Shown here: in pieces, positions 36,629 through 49,166 of the stretch | Numbering within the stretch: the stretch's first letter is position 1 | How the letters are laid out: each line of letters starts with the position of its first letter | Origin: Camelus dromedarius | Lineage: Eukaryota | Direction of reading: 5' to 3' | NCBI RefSeq assembly: GCF_036321535.1 | Contig: NC_087436.1 | Coordinates: 31,932,001 to 31,996,000, forward strand | Length of the DNA stretch: 64,000 bases | Notes under the pieces: generated by a model | What the model was told of the DNA's origin: nothing | The model's input: only the letters and a program-made list of their open reading frames with translations | Databases searched by the model: none | Translations under genes and position numbers: made by a program

Positions 36629-39358
36629 GTGCAAGCTGTTACAAATTTGGCCATACCACATGAAGTTGATGGAAAGTACAGTCGGTATCTGACCCACCAA
36701 CTTCATAGCTGGGTACAAACATCAACTATAACCTTAAGAATGTATTTACAAGAAAGATTAATGAACCATAGTTTACAATAGTGAATAACTAAAAACAATA
36801 TGAATCACATTGCATTTTATGACTGATTATCAGATAAGTAAACTGTGGTAGATTCAATCTGTCAAAATTAAGGAATTTGCCCCACACGTGTCAATGTGGA
36901 TATGTCTTAAAAGATACAATGTTGAATAAGAAATTGCAGAAGGATACCTAGAGTATGAGCCTACTGATATAAATATTTAAATTCCACTGAACTATATATA
37001 CATAGTAAAATGTGGAAGCGAACAGTATATAGCTGACTTGAGATAGTGGTCAGGGAGGGAAAGAAATGGAATGGAAGAGAAATAAAAAGGTCTTTATAAT
37101 TCTAACATTTTTAAAACCTGAAGTAAATATGGCAAAATGTTAACATTTAAAAAAAATAATATTGGGTACTTCAGTGTTTTTGAATTATCATCCATTTTTT
37201 TCTGTATGTTTGAACTATTTATAGCTTTAAAAGAGTAAAATGTCCCATATCTAAGCTTCCATGAACAAGGATGTTTGTCGTAGCATTGTTTCTAGAACTG
37301 AGACCAATGCCAGTGCCCACTGACTGATAGGGTAAATGATGAAACTATGGTATATCCCCATCTTATACTTCCCTCATCTGTGGCTTGCAACAGGTAGAAC
37401 TGGGCTTTTGTTTAATTTAACTATTAAAAATAACATGACATTAATGTAGTATCTTATATTGAAGTAATGAAAAATGGGATCCTGTGATACATAGTGTTCT
37501 GAAACTGGCTGTGTAATATTTCATCATATAGAAGCAGGTGACATCATAGGTGAAGATTTGCCCACTTGCCTCATCCTGTTTATTAATGGTACATTTTCTT
37601 CCCTCTGCTCCTCCAATGTCTTTGAAGTTCTGATTCTGAGAGTCATTTACCAACCTCCAATTCCTCTGTGGTTAATGCTGGAACCTCTGGGTCACAACAT
37701 TTTGCAGGAGAATAAATTATGACACCAGGGTCTTTGGTTTGATTTCTAATTAAACAGAAAGGCCCTTAATAACTAACACATCCATTTCTGTGGGTGGCAA
37801 ATGTCAGAAAGCACTTTAGGATTTCAGATTTCTTCTTCCCCATCATCAAAAGGAAGTGTTACTCCACCGATTTGTACCTCTATGTCTCTGCCCACGGCAC
37901 CTTTCTCCAAGAACTCAGTTAACCTCCTGTCACTGTACTTCTGTACTCCTAGGTGATGCCAGGCAGGAGATTAAGTTACAGGCATTCTTAAAGTATTTCT
38001 GCTGAGTATCCAGGGGGTTGAAAAAACAGAAAATGTGTGCAGAACAATACTAAAAATAGATAACAGCTAATAGGGGGTTCTGCATCTCCAGATCCCCCCG
38101 TGCTATCTCCATGAGCTCAGGTCTGTATAAATACAGCCTATGAAGATTGTTGCTTTGTTACAGAAGCTACTACATTTTTTTTTAAAGATTCAATAACATT
38201 CACATAGTTCCTTAAAGACATTCAGCTCTCTCTAAGGTCTTCCTTTGGCTGATATTTTAAGAGCTACCTCTATACTACTTTGGATATGTAGTCTACTGAT
38301 GTTCGACAGCTGTGAAAGGATCACTCCTATACCAGACCATGGCCTTCCAAAGGTCTTGTCATCTAGAAATAAAATTCCATTTCTTAGGAGGAAAATGAAA
38401 GTTGGGTTTTGGGTTTTTTGTTTTTTTTTTTTTAATGTTGAGAGTTTCTTCTCACCACAGAAGATTGGATCAAAATCTCGCAAAGGGGCACAGAGACAAA
38501 GGGAAATGATCTGAGGCTTCCTGGTGAAAGCAGGTCACGTTATTCTGCCTTCCTCCTCTTTCCCGTCAACACCTCGGCAGGAGGTGTGCCTTCAGAACGG
38601 CAACTGCACACATGGGCTTCTCCAACCTGGGAAACAGGACTCAAATTGATAACTACCATCAGTATACTAGCCATTTGCAAACTGCTCCCAACTGAGTGTT
38701 AAAAAGCATTTGGGGGGCCAATTTAGGACAAAGGAAATGCCCTTTTCTGTGTTAGAAGAAAACAAGTTAACGATTCCAGTTGCTTCCCCTGCATTGGCTA
38801 GCTGATTTCTAAGATCTTCTTTACCCGTAATGGTTTGGATGCCAGGGCATTCTTCCTGTGATGCTAACATAGCCAGACAGTAGAATGCTAGTGTCACGCT
38901 AGGGGAAGCTGGGGGCATTGACTTTGCAGAAAGGTCTGTTCCAGTTCCCAGAGACAGAAAAACATAGGATGTCAAATATGGCATATTAAAGAAGAAAGTG
39001 TTTTTGTTTTAGATTATGTCTGAAACAGAGTACTAATGCCCATCCAAAATTAAAATTACCCCCCATATAGAATGCATTTGCTGTTCTTTAAGATGTACTT
39101 TTAAACCTCCAACCTGTAATAACTCTGCCCTTTTATAGAACCTATAAACCCAAGGCCATTCATTCTCCTCATCAGGATTCATTTGAGAGGGCCTGTACCC
39201 TTTCTGGTGAGGAAGCATGACTTCTTATTTTTCTCAGGCTTTTAGATAACTCTCCTAAAAGGTGATGGGTCTTGTCTGCGGCTGGGGAGTGTTGCCTCCA
39301 AAGAATGGGGAAAGGAGACGTTCAGGCACTTCCACTTTCCAATTTAAAATGCTCCTGT

Positions 39359-39432
39359 GGTGGGTGGGAGTATAGCTCAGGGGTAGAGCATGTGTGCACA
39401 AGGTTCTGGGTTCAATCCCCAGTACCTCCACT

Positions 39433-39471
<39 letters not shown>

Positions 39472-39504
39472 TTAAAATAATAATAATAATAATAATAATA
39501 GTAA

Positions 39505-39537
<33 letters not shown>
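39359..39537 (+). mobile_element. tRNA-derived SINE with compound microsatellite tail (AC)17-(AAT)n-(CTG)11
   Basis: 'gtatagctcaggggtagagc...gggttcaatccccagtacctcc'; TGCTCCTGT at 39350-39358 and 39538-39546. Confidence 0.9.
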
Positions 39538-39543
<6 letters not shown>

Positions 39544-42094
39544 TGTAACAGGAGCTGAGACTTCTCTGTGATTTTGTTTTTTGCTTCAGGATCATCTCAT
39601 AGCCTAGGAACCAAGGGCCCTATTTATTAGAGTTTATTAGTCTGTTTCTCCTTGAAATTCTCTTAGCTTAAAACACATCAGTGTTTTCTGTAAACTTGGC
39701 CTCACATCCTACCTGATTGTATCTGAAGAATTATGAAAAGCCAAGAGTTAGTGGCTGAAGAGGAGGAGAAAGGGTCAAGATTCGCTGGCAGTCATTCTCA
39801 TGCCTGCTGTAGGGACTCCATCTGCACATCACTCCTCTTTGGGCTACCTTTGTTTCCCACATTCCTTGTGCTTTCCCACTATTTGTAACAATGGCACTAT
39901 TTAGGCAGCCAGCCATTTTTGATAGCCTTGATGTAACTAACTCATAACTCAACTGCCCAGACTGATAAAAATTTGTGATTTTCTTTATTCAGCACTTTTC
40001 TTGTGGGATGGAGGGAAAAGGATTTTCTCTAGAAAGTGAACAGACTACTACCATCAATGTCCCTGGCAGACCCCGGCATTCCTTGCTTAGAGAGAAATAC
40101 AAACTGAACTTCTAATAATAAAAAGTATTTAAGCAGTTTATTCTGACCTTGAATAATAAAAGTTAATTGCATGCTCTTGAACTTCTTCTCGATTCCTGTA
40201 ATTTATCTAAACTTTGTAGAGAAATTCGATATAATGATGCATTCTGCTAGAAAGCTTTAGTGCTCCAGACCTTCAGAAATACTTTTAAGAATTAAACTAA
40301 GTTAGCACACTCCATTCTGTTATTCTTAGACTCCTCAGCTAGGAGTGGGTGGTGGTGGGGAGCCTAGACTGGGGTCCTTTAGGCTAAAATGCACAAGAAA
40401 CCAATGGGGACTGCCCTGTTGGTGAAAACGGGCCAATATTCTTGAGACCTTTTTTAAACACTGCATTGAAATCATGGGGTCAGCTTCACATGACTTCAGA
40501 TAATTTTAAATATTTAGCTTTTTTCAAAAAACCAAACTGAGCAATAAAAATCTGCTACTTGGTTTTCTGCTAATTATACTCCCATGTCTCTATCTTCTTT
40601 GTTTTGTTTCCAATCTACTTAATCATGATGTCATTTTACACTTTAGTAAGACGGTCTACACCAAACTCTTGATTTGTCTTTGGTACTCAAGTCTCTCTTA
40701 TTTGTGGTGATAGATACATGCATACAACTTTTCTTAAAGTATTCTTTTGATATTATATCTTGAAAGTAATTACATGGGAAGCAACTGCAGCTGTAATAAC
40801 TTGGAGTCAACACCTCGGTAGGAGGTTATAGTTGAAATTTCAGCTCTGGCACTTATTTAGCTTAGGCGAATCACCTGATCTCTTAGATCCCATTTGTGAA
40901 AATATAATGATAATAATATATAAAATACATGGCTGTTACATAAGTTAAATGAGAATATTTTGATGAAAGTATTTCTCCAAGAGCTATACAACTGGAAGGC
41001 ATTATAATCAAAGGAGTGGGTAAGTATGGGATTGCCCAGGTAACTATTATTGGCAGGTATTTGGAGTTAAGCACCGTAGAACATAGTAAGAATTAAACAT
41101 TAAACTTTAGATACTCTTTGAGATTAGCAATATTACCATTGTTTAATATTTAATTCTTACTGTTATCTAGTGGACCAGACTCTGTGGAGCATGTAGATTT
41201 GGACATTCACTGACTGCTTGAATCCCAAACTAAAGTGCATACATAATAAAAACATCTCACAGGAACTGTTGTGCGTATCACTGGTGATGGTGATTACACA
41301 AATCTATACATGTTTTAAATTCATAGAACTATATACAGACATTTTAAAAAGTAAATTTCACTGTGATACTTTTTAATAAAATTATTTTTTAACCCAAAGG
41401 TTAAAAAAAAACTCATAGACATAATAGGACACTTGCTTCATGAAGCATACTCAGAATGCACTTTCATCAACAACATAGATACCAGTTTTAAATTAGTCAA
41501 GTGAGGAGTCTCTTAGCCAGGCTCACTCCTCTGGGAATGACGCTAACTTATTACACTGAAGGTTTTGTGTGTGGATTATGCTTTTTGACCTGGGTTTTTC
41601 TGCTATAAAGGGTCCATTGTTGATAAAACAAACACAACCAAAAAGTTAGACTCTCTGGAAATTCATCAAAATTGTCTGGCTTCTGCTGCCCAACAATTCT
41701 TTAGCTCTTTTTGATCAATGGCTTATAATCTTTTGTGTTTACCTCTTAGAATCCTTGTTTTTCAATCCAATATTGAGTTTCAGACTGTCCCTATTTAATG
41801 AATATTTCGGAATTTTAACAGAGCCTCAAGGAGTCAAACTCAAGAGATTTGTTTTTGTTTCTGTTCCTTTGTTAGGGTGGAAGGATTGTCATATCTTATT
41901 TTGCACTTATTCTGCCCTCAGCAAGTTTCTCTTTGCTGACACCTCACACAGAGCATACCTACTTTAGTGGCTTGACTTGGTTGTATGGTAAACACTGCAG
42001 AGAACCTAAGAGTGTCGGAGAAAGCAGAAAAAAGCATTTTATGGAGGCACTGTAAGTGTTTCACATCCTGTGGTCTCCCTGAGTTTCTGGGGGA

Positions 42095-42126
<32 letters not shown>

Positions 42127-42556
42127 CAAGTGGTGGGAAAACTAGCTTAGTACACAGCTATAAGGAATGGAATATCTCCTTCAAGAAAAAAAGTTTTAAC
42201 CGTTTTAAGAGGAAGCTATAAAACACAAGTTCTTGAAATCATGCCAGCAAAAAGTATACCGTTTTTTTTGTGTGTGTGTATTTTTTTTTAATAGGGGGCA
42301 TTAATCAGAACTGGGCCTAGGGAGCCTGGCCCCAGACTATAGTCACTTGGTTTAGGCTACTGCTGACTCCTCTGTGAGATCACATCCATTTTTAGCAGGA
42401 ATCAGGAGCAAGGAGAACTACTGGGGCACCAGGCTACCGCAGTGATTCCCAAAATCCCTGAAAAGAATGAGCTCTGCTGTTTCCCAGGCCAGCAAGTGAT
42501 ACTTAAAGGTAGGACCAGTGAGGCAACATGGATCCACAAACACCTGGTTTACTTAT

Positions 42557-42709
42557 TTTTTTTTTAATTTTTTTTTGAGAAGGGTAGGTAATTCTTTTTT
42601 TTTTTTTTAACTTACTTATTTATTTATTTTAATGGGAGGTACTGGGGATTGAACCCAGGACCTCATGCATGCTGAGCATGTGCTCTACCACTGAGCTATC
42701 CACCCACCC
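42557..42709 (-). mobile_element. tRNA-derived SINE with 16-bp TSD
   Basis: Antisense A/B boxes; CACCT(G/A)GTTTACTTAT at 42541-42556 and 42710-42725. Confidence 0.92.
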
Positions 42710-43088
42710 CACCTAGTTTACTTATGCTAGTCATAGTGGTGCCAATGGGAGAAATCACAACAGATCTGCCCAAGGAATTCCTGAGTTCACAGGCTCATTG
42801 TGTTCTCTTTGATCCCCAGCTCAACCAATTCTATATGATCTCTGTTCTTGTATCAACTGAAACCCATTTCTTCCCTCTCTCGTGTTAATAAGAATAAAAA
42901 ACTTGACCGTCTCTTTCTCTTCATCATAACTACTTTTCCAAGTGTTTTGCTGATCAAGTCATATTTGCCTGATTCTACTGATTTAATAGAGTCTATGTCT
43001 ATCAACAAAATCTAACTATGCATGAGCACGTAATTATACCCTTTTATATATGGAACTTCTTAATTTCCTATTCTCATTAATCTATTAA

Positions 43089-45412
43089 CATGTTGATCAC
43101 CACATTGCCCAAATCTGGTGACAGTTGTGTCTCCTCAGAGGCCCCGTCACCCAGATATGGGTGACGCTTTCCTTCATCCAATTATGCAGGTTTTTACAAG
43201 TAACTTCCAACAGTTTTCATTTGTAATACAAGTATTTAATAGTAACAACATATAAGTATATATGCAGATAGATAAAAATATTTTCTTTTGAACAAAATTA
43301 TATAATATTACATTACTTATGATACTCATTTAAACAGTTTATACAAAGCTGCAGTGTTTTTGGACAACTAGGACAATATGTTCCTGTCTTTTTTACATTT
43401 TTTCTAGTTTCTTGTCATTCCAAAGTTTGCCTGCTTTCCTGATAACAGAGGACACACATTCTTCTGATTGTTTTGCCTTAGGGATTTTTTCTAATTTGTA
43501 AATTGTGAATCTCTCCTCCTTTATCCCCTTGCATATTATTGGACCTAATATTTGGAGAATATAACCATTCCTTAACTAAGAGTTCCCTAAATTTCGATAT
43601 TTGACTTTTTAAATTTGCCTTTGCCTGGTATACAAGATGTGAATTTATGACAGAAATCCCAATAAGTAGATGTAGTGTTAATTTCTGGTAGCATTTGATA
43701 CTTTTTCATAATGTTGTTGCATATGAAAACCATCTGGTCACTTCTATCAATGCCACTTTCCTTTATTATAATCAAGTATGGCTCATTTTTATAAGATTGT
43801 GGTGAAGAGCAGATGAATTTGAACCAGTACCATAATGGGTGCGTGTTTTGTCAAAAGTATTCTTACATCCCGAACATCTTTCCATTTCAGGATGACAATG
43901 GAATTGTCATCTTCTCGCAACACCATTTCACCTCTTTTTAGTGAATGGGACAGAACATCTTTTGGAATAAACTTTTATTATGCTGTGCAGTCCCAATAAC
44001 ATGAGTTTTCAAACTAAAAAATTTAAGGACCAATTAGTAGCTGGTGTAGAAGTTATCTACATACAAGGTATGCCCTTCATTCAGTAATTTTTCTGCAAGC
44101 GCACTGCAAACATTTTGAGCTAATCCGATTTGCTCGGCTCTACTAGTCTCTCATCCAGAACATATTTTTATCGACCTCGTATAACCTTTGGTCGAACAGA
44201 ACTTAAATAATTTTATTCCATATTCGTGTGTTTTATTTGGTATATACTGTCTAAATATAAGTCTTCCCCTCCAAGGAACCATTGTCTCATCGATTATGAC
44301 ATCTGGGCCCAGTGAAAAATTGTTTTGATAATTTTCAATCAAAGTTTAACCAGTGGTAATATTTTTCCAAGCCTATCACCTCTTTCAATTGTCTCATTAT
44401 TTGCAAAGTGCAAATTTGATAATAACAAATGAAAATGATTATGAGACATTACAGTACACGACAATGTGAAATTGTAAAGGGGGTCTTTTGAGCAATATTT
44501 AGTCATAGATATTGGTTTCACTAGACCTGTCCAAATCAGAAGAGCAAGGAATTTTTTAATTTCTTCAGAAGTAGGTTTCCACCTCTTTATTCGACTACAC
44601 ACCATGTTTAGATGTTGAAGTAATTTTTGTTCCACATATCTGTTTGTCTCCTTTACCAGATGGTTTATTATTACGTCATCTAAAAATAGCAAAAGAATTT
44701 TGCCTGGGCTGATATCACGAGGTAATTCTGTCTGAAGTCCACCTTTTCCTGTGAATATAAATGACTTTTGTCTGCCAGTAAACTCTTTTCACTGAGTATT
44801 ATCTAGTGCACCATCATTATCCTCCTCTGTTTCTTCCTCTTCCTCTACAACTAATTGTTCTAAAATCTCCTCAGTGTTTTCAACTTCAGCATAACCTTTC
44901 TCCTCATTCTCTGAGCTTGAACTTAACAAAATTTTATTTATCTTCTTCTGACATGGATTACTTCATTGTCACTGCTAGTGTCACTCTCAACTGTATTTTT
45001 ACGTTGTAAGGATATGAAAAATACTTGAAAGATGCACAGACTCTAAGATGCAGAATAAAACTGCCGAGCTGAATTGAACAGAGCAGGCAAACGAGCAGAG
45101 TACCATTCTAAACAACCACTTATCTACCAGTTCTACCAATTGGATCATATATCACTCTCGAGCTAACAAATATCAAAGTAATGCCACAGCACCCCAGACT
45201 ATTCCATTACCCAAATTTATTCTATACAGAATAATTCCAAGAAGAATTATAATAGTAAAGAGGTTGAAAATTGAAAATAAGAAATTTTTTTTAACACAAT
45301 TCCAGTTATACTGGAAAAACAGATTAATTATAAGCAAATATATTGTTAGTGCATCACACTGTGGTGAAGTGTGAACTTGGAAACACATGCGATCCAGTGG
45401 GCGATCAACGTG
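43089..45412 (-). mobile_element. Full-length piggyBac-superfamily DNA transposon (2324 bp)
   Basis: TTAA at 43085-43088 and 45413-45416; TIRs CATGTTGATCACC (43089-43101) and reverse complement CACGTTGATCGCC (45400-45412), 11/13 identical; encloses a transposase pseudogene. Confidence 0.95.
43313..44966 (-). pseudogene. piggyBac (DDE_Tnp_1_7, PGBD4-like) transposase, about 550 codons, inactivated
   Basis: Acidic N-terminus; LVKETNRY; IIDETMVPWRGR..FRQYIPNK..YGIK (Asp codon 44289-44291); LYVDNFYTS (44055-44057); GIDRSDQ (43746-43748); C-terminal RRMCVLC..YCPSCPKTLQLCINCLNEYHK-stop (43313-43315); in-frame stops at 44789, 44151, 44034, 43478, 43415 plus several frameshifts; start codon uncertain (ATG at 44954 or 44966). 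Confidence 0.95.
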
Positions 45413-46229
45413 TTAAGTCAAATTTCTCTCTACTTTAATAAAGTAGTTTTCCTAATCTCAAACACTATCATATATATGACATATATCTGTCAGCCATGTA
45501 AACATGACAGTTTTAATATAAATGGGAAATAATAACTCCCATTGGTGCTATTTATTTACCTTCCCAATGCTACTGAATTTCTATATCAGCTCATTGTTAT
45601 TAACAAATAAATATATGACTGGATTTCCTAAATACATTTGAATTTTATAGTTTATCATTTCATACAGGAGAAATATGTAGCCAATGTTTTTGCCTACTCT
45701 CCCTCTGAAAATTTCACTTATCTTAGACATGATTCATGTAGAGTGACTACAAATAGTATGTTTAAATAGTTTATACATTTTCTTTATGGTCATTCTTTTT
45801 CTGTGGGCTTTAACCTGTTAGACTTTAAAATGCTGTAAAAGCACTGTAAGAATACACTCAGGCTGGAATTTTTTAATCAAAATTTTCCTCCCTATCAGAA
45901 GGAATAATTATTCAGAAGCCTTGTAGATTGGTCATTTCTTAAGAAGCTAAATCATATGGTACTGTGTCTTAGCCAACTGTCCAGGGTCAGCAAAATGCTA
46001 TGGCCTGTTCTGTTTGATGGCCTCAGGCAGAAAGCCACAGCATTCTCACTATTAATATCTCTTGAACTTTCAACTTACAAATAAAAGCATCCCTGTGGCC
46101 ATTTTTCCCCCTGTATATCCATGAAAAACCAAGGATCTAGAGCTTGAGATAAGAAATATTTTAGTTTAATTATTTTTAGCCATAATCCTGGGCTTTTATG
46201 TAATGAATGGAATTTTGTGAAATTTTGTG

Positions 46230-46870
46230 AAATTTTCTTAAGCACCAATTACACGCAAGTTGCCATGCTAAGTGTCAAGAAACAAAAGTACATCAGTCAG
46301 TTGTGCCCTCAAGGAGCCTATGGTCTAATTGGAGAGAATGAATAAAACAAAATACTACAAAGTAGGTTAAAAAGTAGTAAGCACCACAAGAGAAATACAG
46401 ACAAGATGATTTGGGGGATTCAGAGGAAATTACTGAATTTTGTGGGCTGACAGCAGAGGGGAGTGAATTTATGATTAATCTGAGAAGAAGATGGCATTTG
46501 AACTTGTCCTTGATGGATAAAATTTAAACATGTGGAGAGCCATAAGTGTGAATATTATAGATTGAGGGATCAGCATGATGAAGAACATAGAGGTCAGAAA
46601 ATACGAAGTAATAAAAACATTTCAAGTAGTTCAGTTTGGCCAAAGAACAGCACGTGTGAATGAAAAACCATGGAAAATAAAATTGGAAAATTAGTTTGAG
46701 AGCAAATCTATAGGGCTGTTAAGGCCAGATGATGGAAGGTCAGCTCAATTTTACAAACAATGGGGCCCACTGAAGGAGAACACCACATTCAACATGTGCT
46801 TAAGAGGTGTGTCGGACTGAACTGGAAGTGAGGATACTGACCTACTAGATATGTTCTATAACAATCCAGT
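46230..46870 (-). mobile_element. L2 LINE 3' region
   Basis: 'tgccctcaaggagcctatggtctaattggagag', 'ggcatttgaacttgtccttgatgga', 'caatggggcccactgaagg'. Confidence 0.7.
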
Positions 46871-48329
46871 AAGAAAGAGCCTAGATTCTCTGGAAAACAG
46901 CCTCAAGCAAGGATCAAAGTGCTAATACATTATTTAAGAAGTGCAAACCCAGGCCAGTGAGGCTAAAGAAAAAGGAAAGAGGGGAAAGATATGAAGCAAT
47001 GCAAAGTGATGCCAGGCAGAAGTGGCCTCTGCTTTGTGATGAGCCATGAAGAGGCAGAGTGAATTATTCAGCATGTCCGACCTTTGGCATGTGAGACCCC
47101 TTGGAATGGGGCAGCTGAGCTGAAGGTCCTAGAAGTGGGCAGTGACCATGATATCTAAGAAAGTACATAGGCTTTATGTTGGAAACAATGAGTCAAGAGA
47201 AAAGAAGCATTTATACTGCATTTAGGGAATAACTCTTTTAGTAGGCAATCATGCTTTCCTTTCAACAGTATTTAGAAAATCACCTCCCTCTCAAGTATGA
47301 AGACTTGAAAACCAAGAACCATTGGCTTAAAAGATACTTCTGTATATTATCTGAGTTAGTAGGATTTGAGTATTACATTTCTTTCATTCCAATTCTATGA
47401 CTTGTCGTCATAAAGTTTTGGCATGTACAGCCCCAGTCTTTGGAAGAGGGGATCAGAACTGTGTAATACTTGATAAAGTAACATTTATCATCTAAGGATG
47501 GGACTATAAACACCAATCTGGACATAATGGAGCACACTTAGCCCTTTTGTTTGGAATTGTAAGAAAAATAAGGTCATAAAGAATCCTCTGCCCTTAAGAA
47601 AAAGTTCTCAACTGCAAATCACTTTTGAGTACCAAAGCTAAAATGTAATAGTTTACCTTCAAAACTGAAAAGGGAAAGGAGACTTTTTTCCTACTTTTTA
47701 TTTTTTGCTAACTTTACCAAAAGCTGATGCCAGGCAAATTTAGCTTTATTTTTTTTTTCTTGGATTTTTCCCCCTAATCTAAAACAGGCTTGGTGCACTG
47801 GAAAAGGAATTAGAATTGCGGTCAAACTTTCAGGCCTCGAGTTGCTTCTGCCTCTGTGAAAAAAATAGCCAGTAAGAATTCACTTCGAAATTCAGTCTCC
47901 TCAATTGTAAAATGAAGATAACGGTACTCACCCTGCCAACCTTAGGGACTGTTCTAAGAAATAAATGAGACAGCGCTCTGCTAGAGTGCTTTTCAAAGTG
48001 AAGTTACTGTGTTTTCTATAGCGTCAAAGGCAGTTCTCTCTAAGTGGGCAAGTCAAAGCATGGACAGAACCTGACAACCAAGACAGGCTCAAGGACCAGA
48101 AAAAGAAGAAAATGCCTCAAATCTCTGCTTCTGCTTCACCCACAGTGTGGAAAATGCCCAAACCACACTGCACCAGATAGGTTAAACTGATCCTAAAGGT
48201 TTGAGGAATTTTAATGCCTTTGTTAGAGACTTAGCCAATCCTTCATCTACCAAAAGTCATGCTGCTACTCTCTGTGGGTTCCCCCGGTGCTTTGAAGATT
48301 TCTCTAGTGGCACTTGACTTGCTTTGTGT

Positions 48330-48545
48330 TTGGTTTCAAATTCCTGCCTAACCACTCATTATATGTATGACCTAAAACCTTTTAACTCATCCGTGCCTCA
48401 GTTTCCTCATCTATAAATTGTAAATAAGAAAACCTAATTTATAGGATTGTCAGAAAGTTCAGAATAATACTGCTAATATGTCTAGCATAGTGCCTGATAC
48501 ATGGTTGGTATTCGATAAATATCAGCTATAATTAGTATTGCTGTT
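48330..48545 (+). mobile_element. MIR SINE
   Basis: 'gtgcctcagtttcctcatctataaattg...tagcatagtgcctgatacat'. Confidence 0.8.
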
Positions 48546-48721
48546 ATTTTTAGCATGATAAGAGTAGAAAGAACAAATGCTTTGAAACCAGACAGTTCTG
48601 CATTTAAATCATCTCTGTCACTTACAATCAGCATAATCTTAAGCAATTTAAAAATTTTTGAAGTTGAGTTTTGAGATGACACATGCTTTCAGAGTGTAAT
48701 TGTTATAATTTCAGAGATTTC

Positions 48722-49166
48722 TATAGTACATTGAGTGGCGGCCCCCCTAAAAGATATATTCATGTCCTAATCCCCAGAATCTGTAAATGTGGGTTATTTA
48801 GTGAAAGGGTCTTTGTAGATATATTTAAGTTAAAAATCTGAGATCTTGCTGGATTATGTAAGGTAAGGACCCACCCAGATAATCCAATGATGTATCCTTA
48901 TACAGATGAGAAGACACAGAGACAGGGAGAAAGCAATGTGACCACAGAGGCAGAGATCAGAGTGATGCAGCCACAAGCCAAGGATTAGAGAGGAAAGGAA
49001 GGACTCACCCCTAGAGATTTTTAAGTTCCCTTTTGAGGGAGCATGGCCCTGCCGACACCTTGATTTCAGATTTCCAGCCTCCAGAACTGTGAGAGAATAA
49101 ATTTCCATTGTTTTAAGCCACCAATTTTATGGTAATTTGTTCTTGTAGCTCTAGGACATTGATAGA
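48722..49166 (+). mobile_element. MaLR solo LTR (MLT1C-like)
   Basis: 'ggcccccctaaaagatatattcatgtcctaatccccagaatctgt', 'gcatggccctgccgacaccttgatttcagatttccagcctccagaactgtgagagaataaa'. Confidence 0.88.

Larger units (their letters stand above)
32490..37230 (+). mobile_element. Ancient L1M fragments (about 32490-33350 and 36282-37230) split by a younger L1
   Basis: A-rich decayed ORF2/3' UTR motifs (aactcctacaaattaataagaaaaagataaacaa; end 'tttctgtatgtttgaactatttata'). Confidence 0.65.

Noticed and set aside
43313..44966. Possible functional domesticated PGBD gene
   Set aside because: At least five in-frame stops and several frameshifts, with TIRs and TTAA intact; it is a dead transposon copy, so no gene symbol is given
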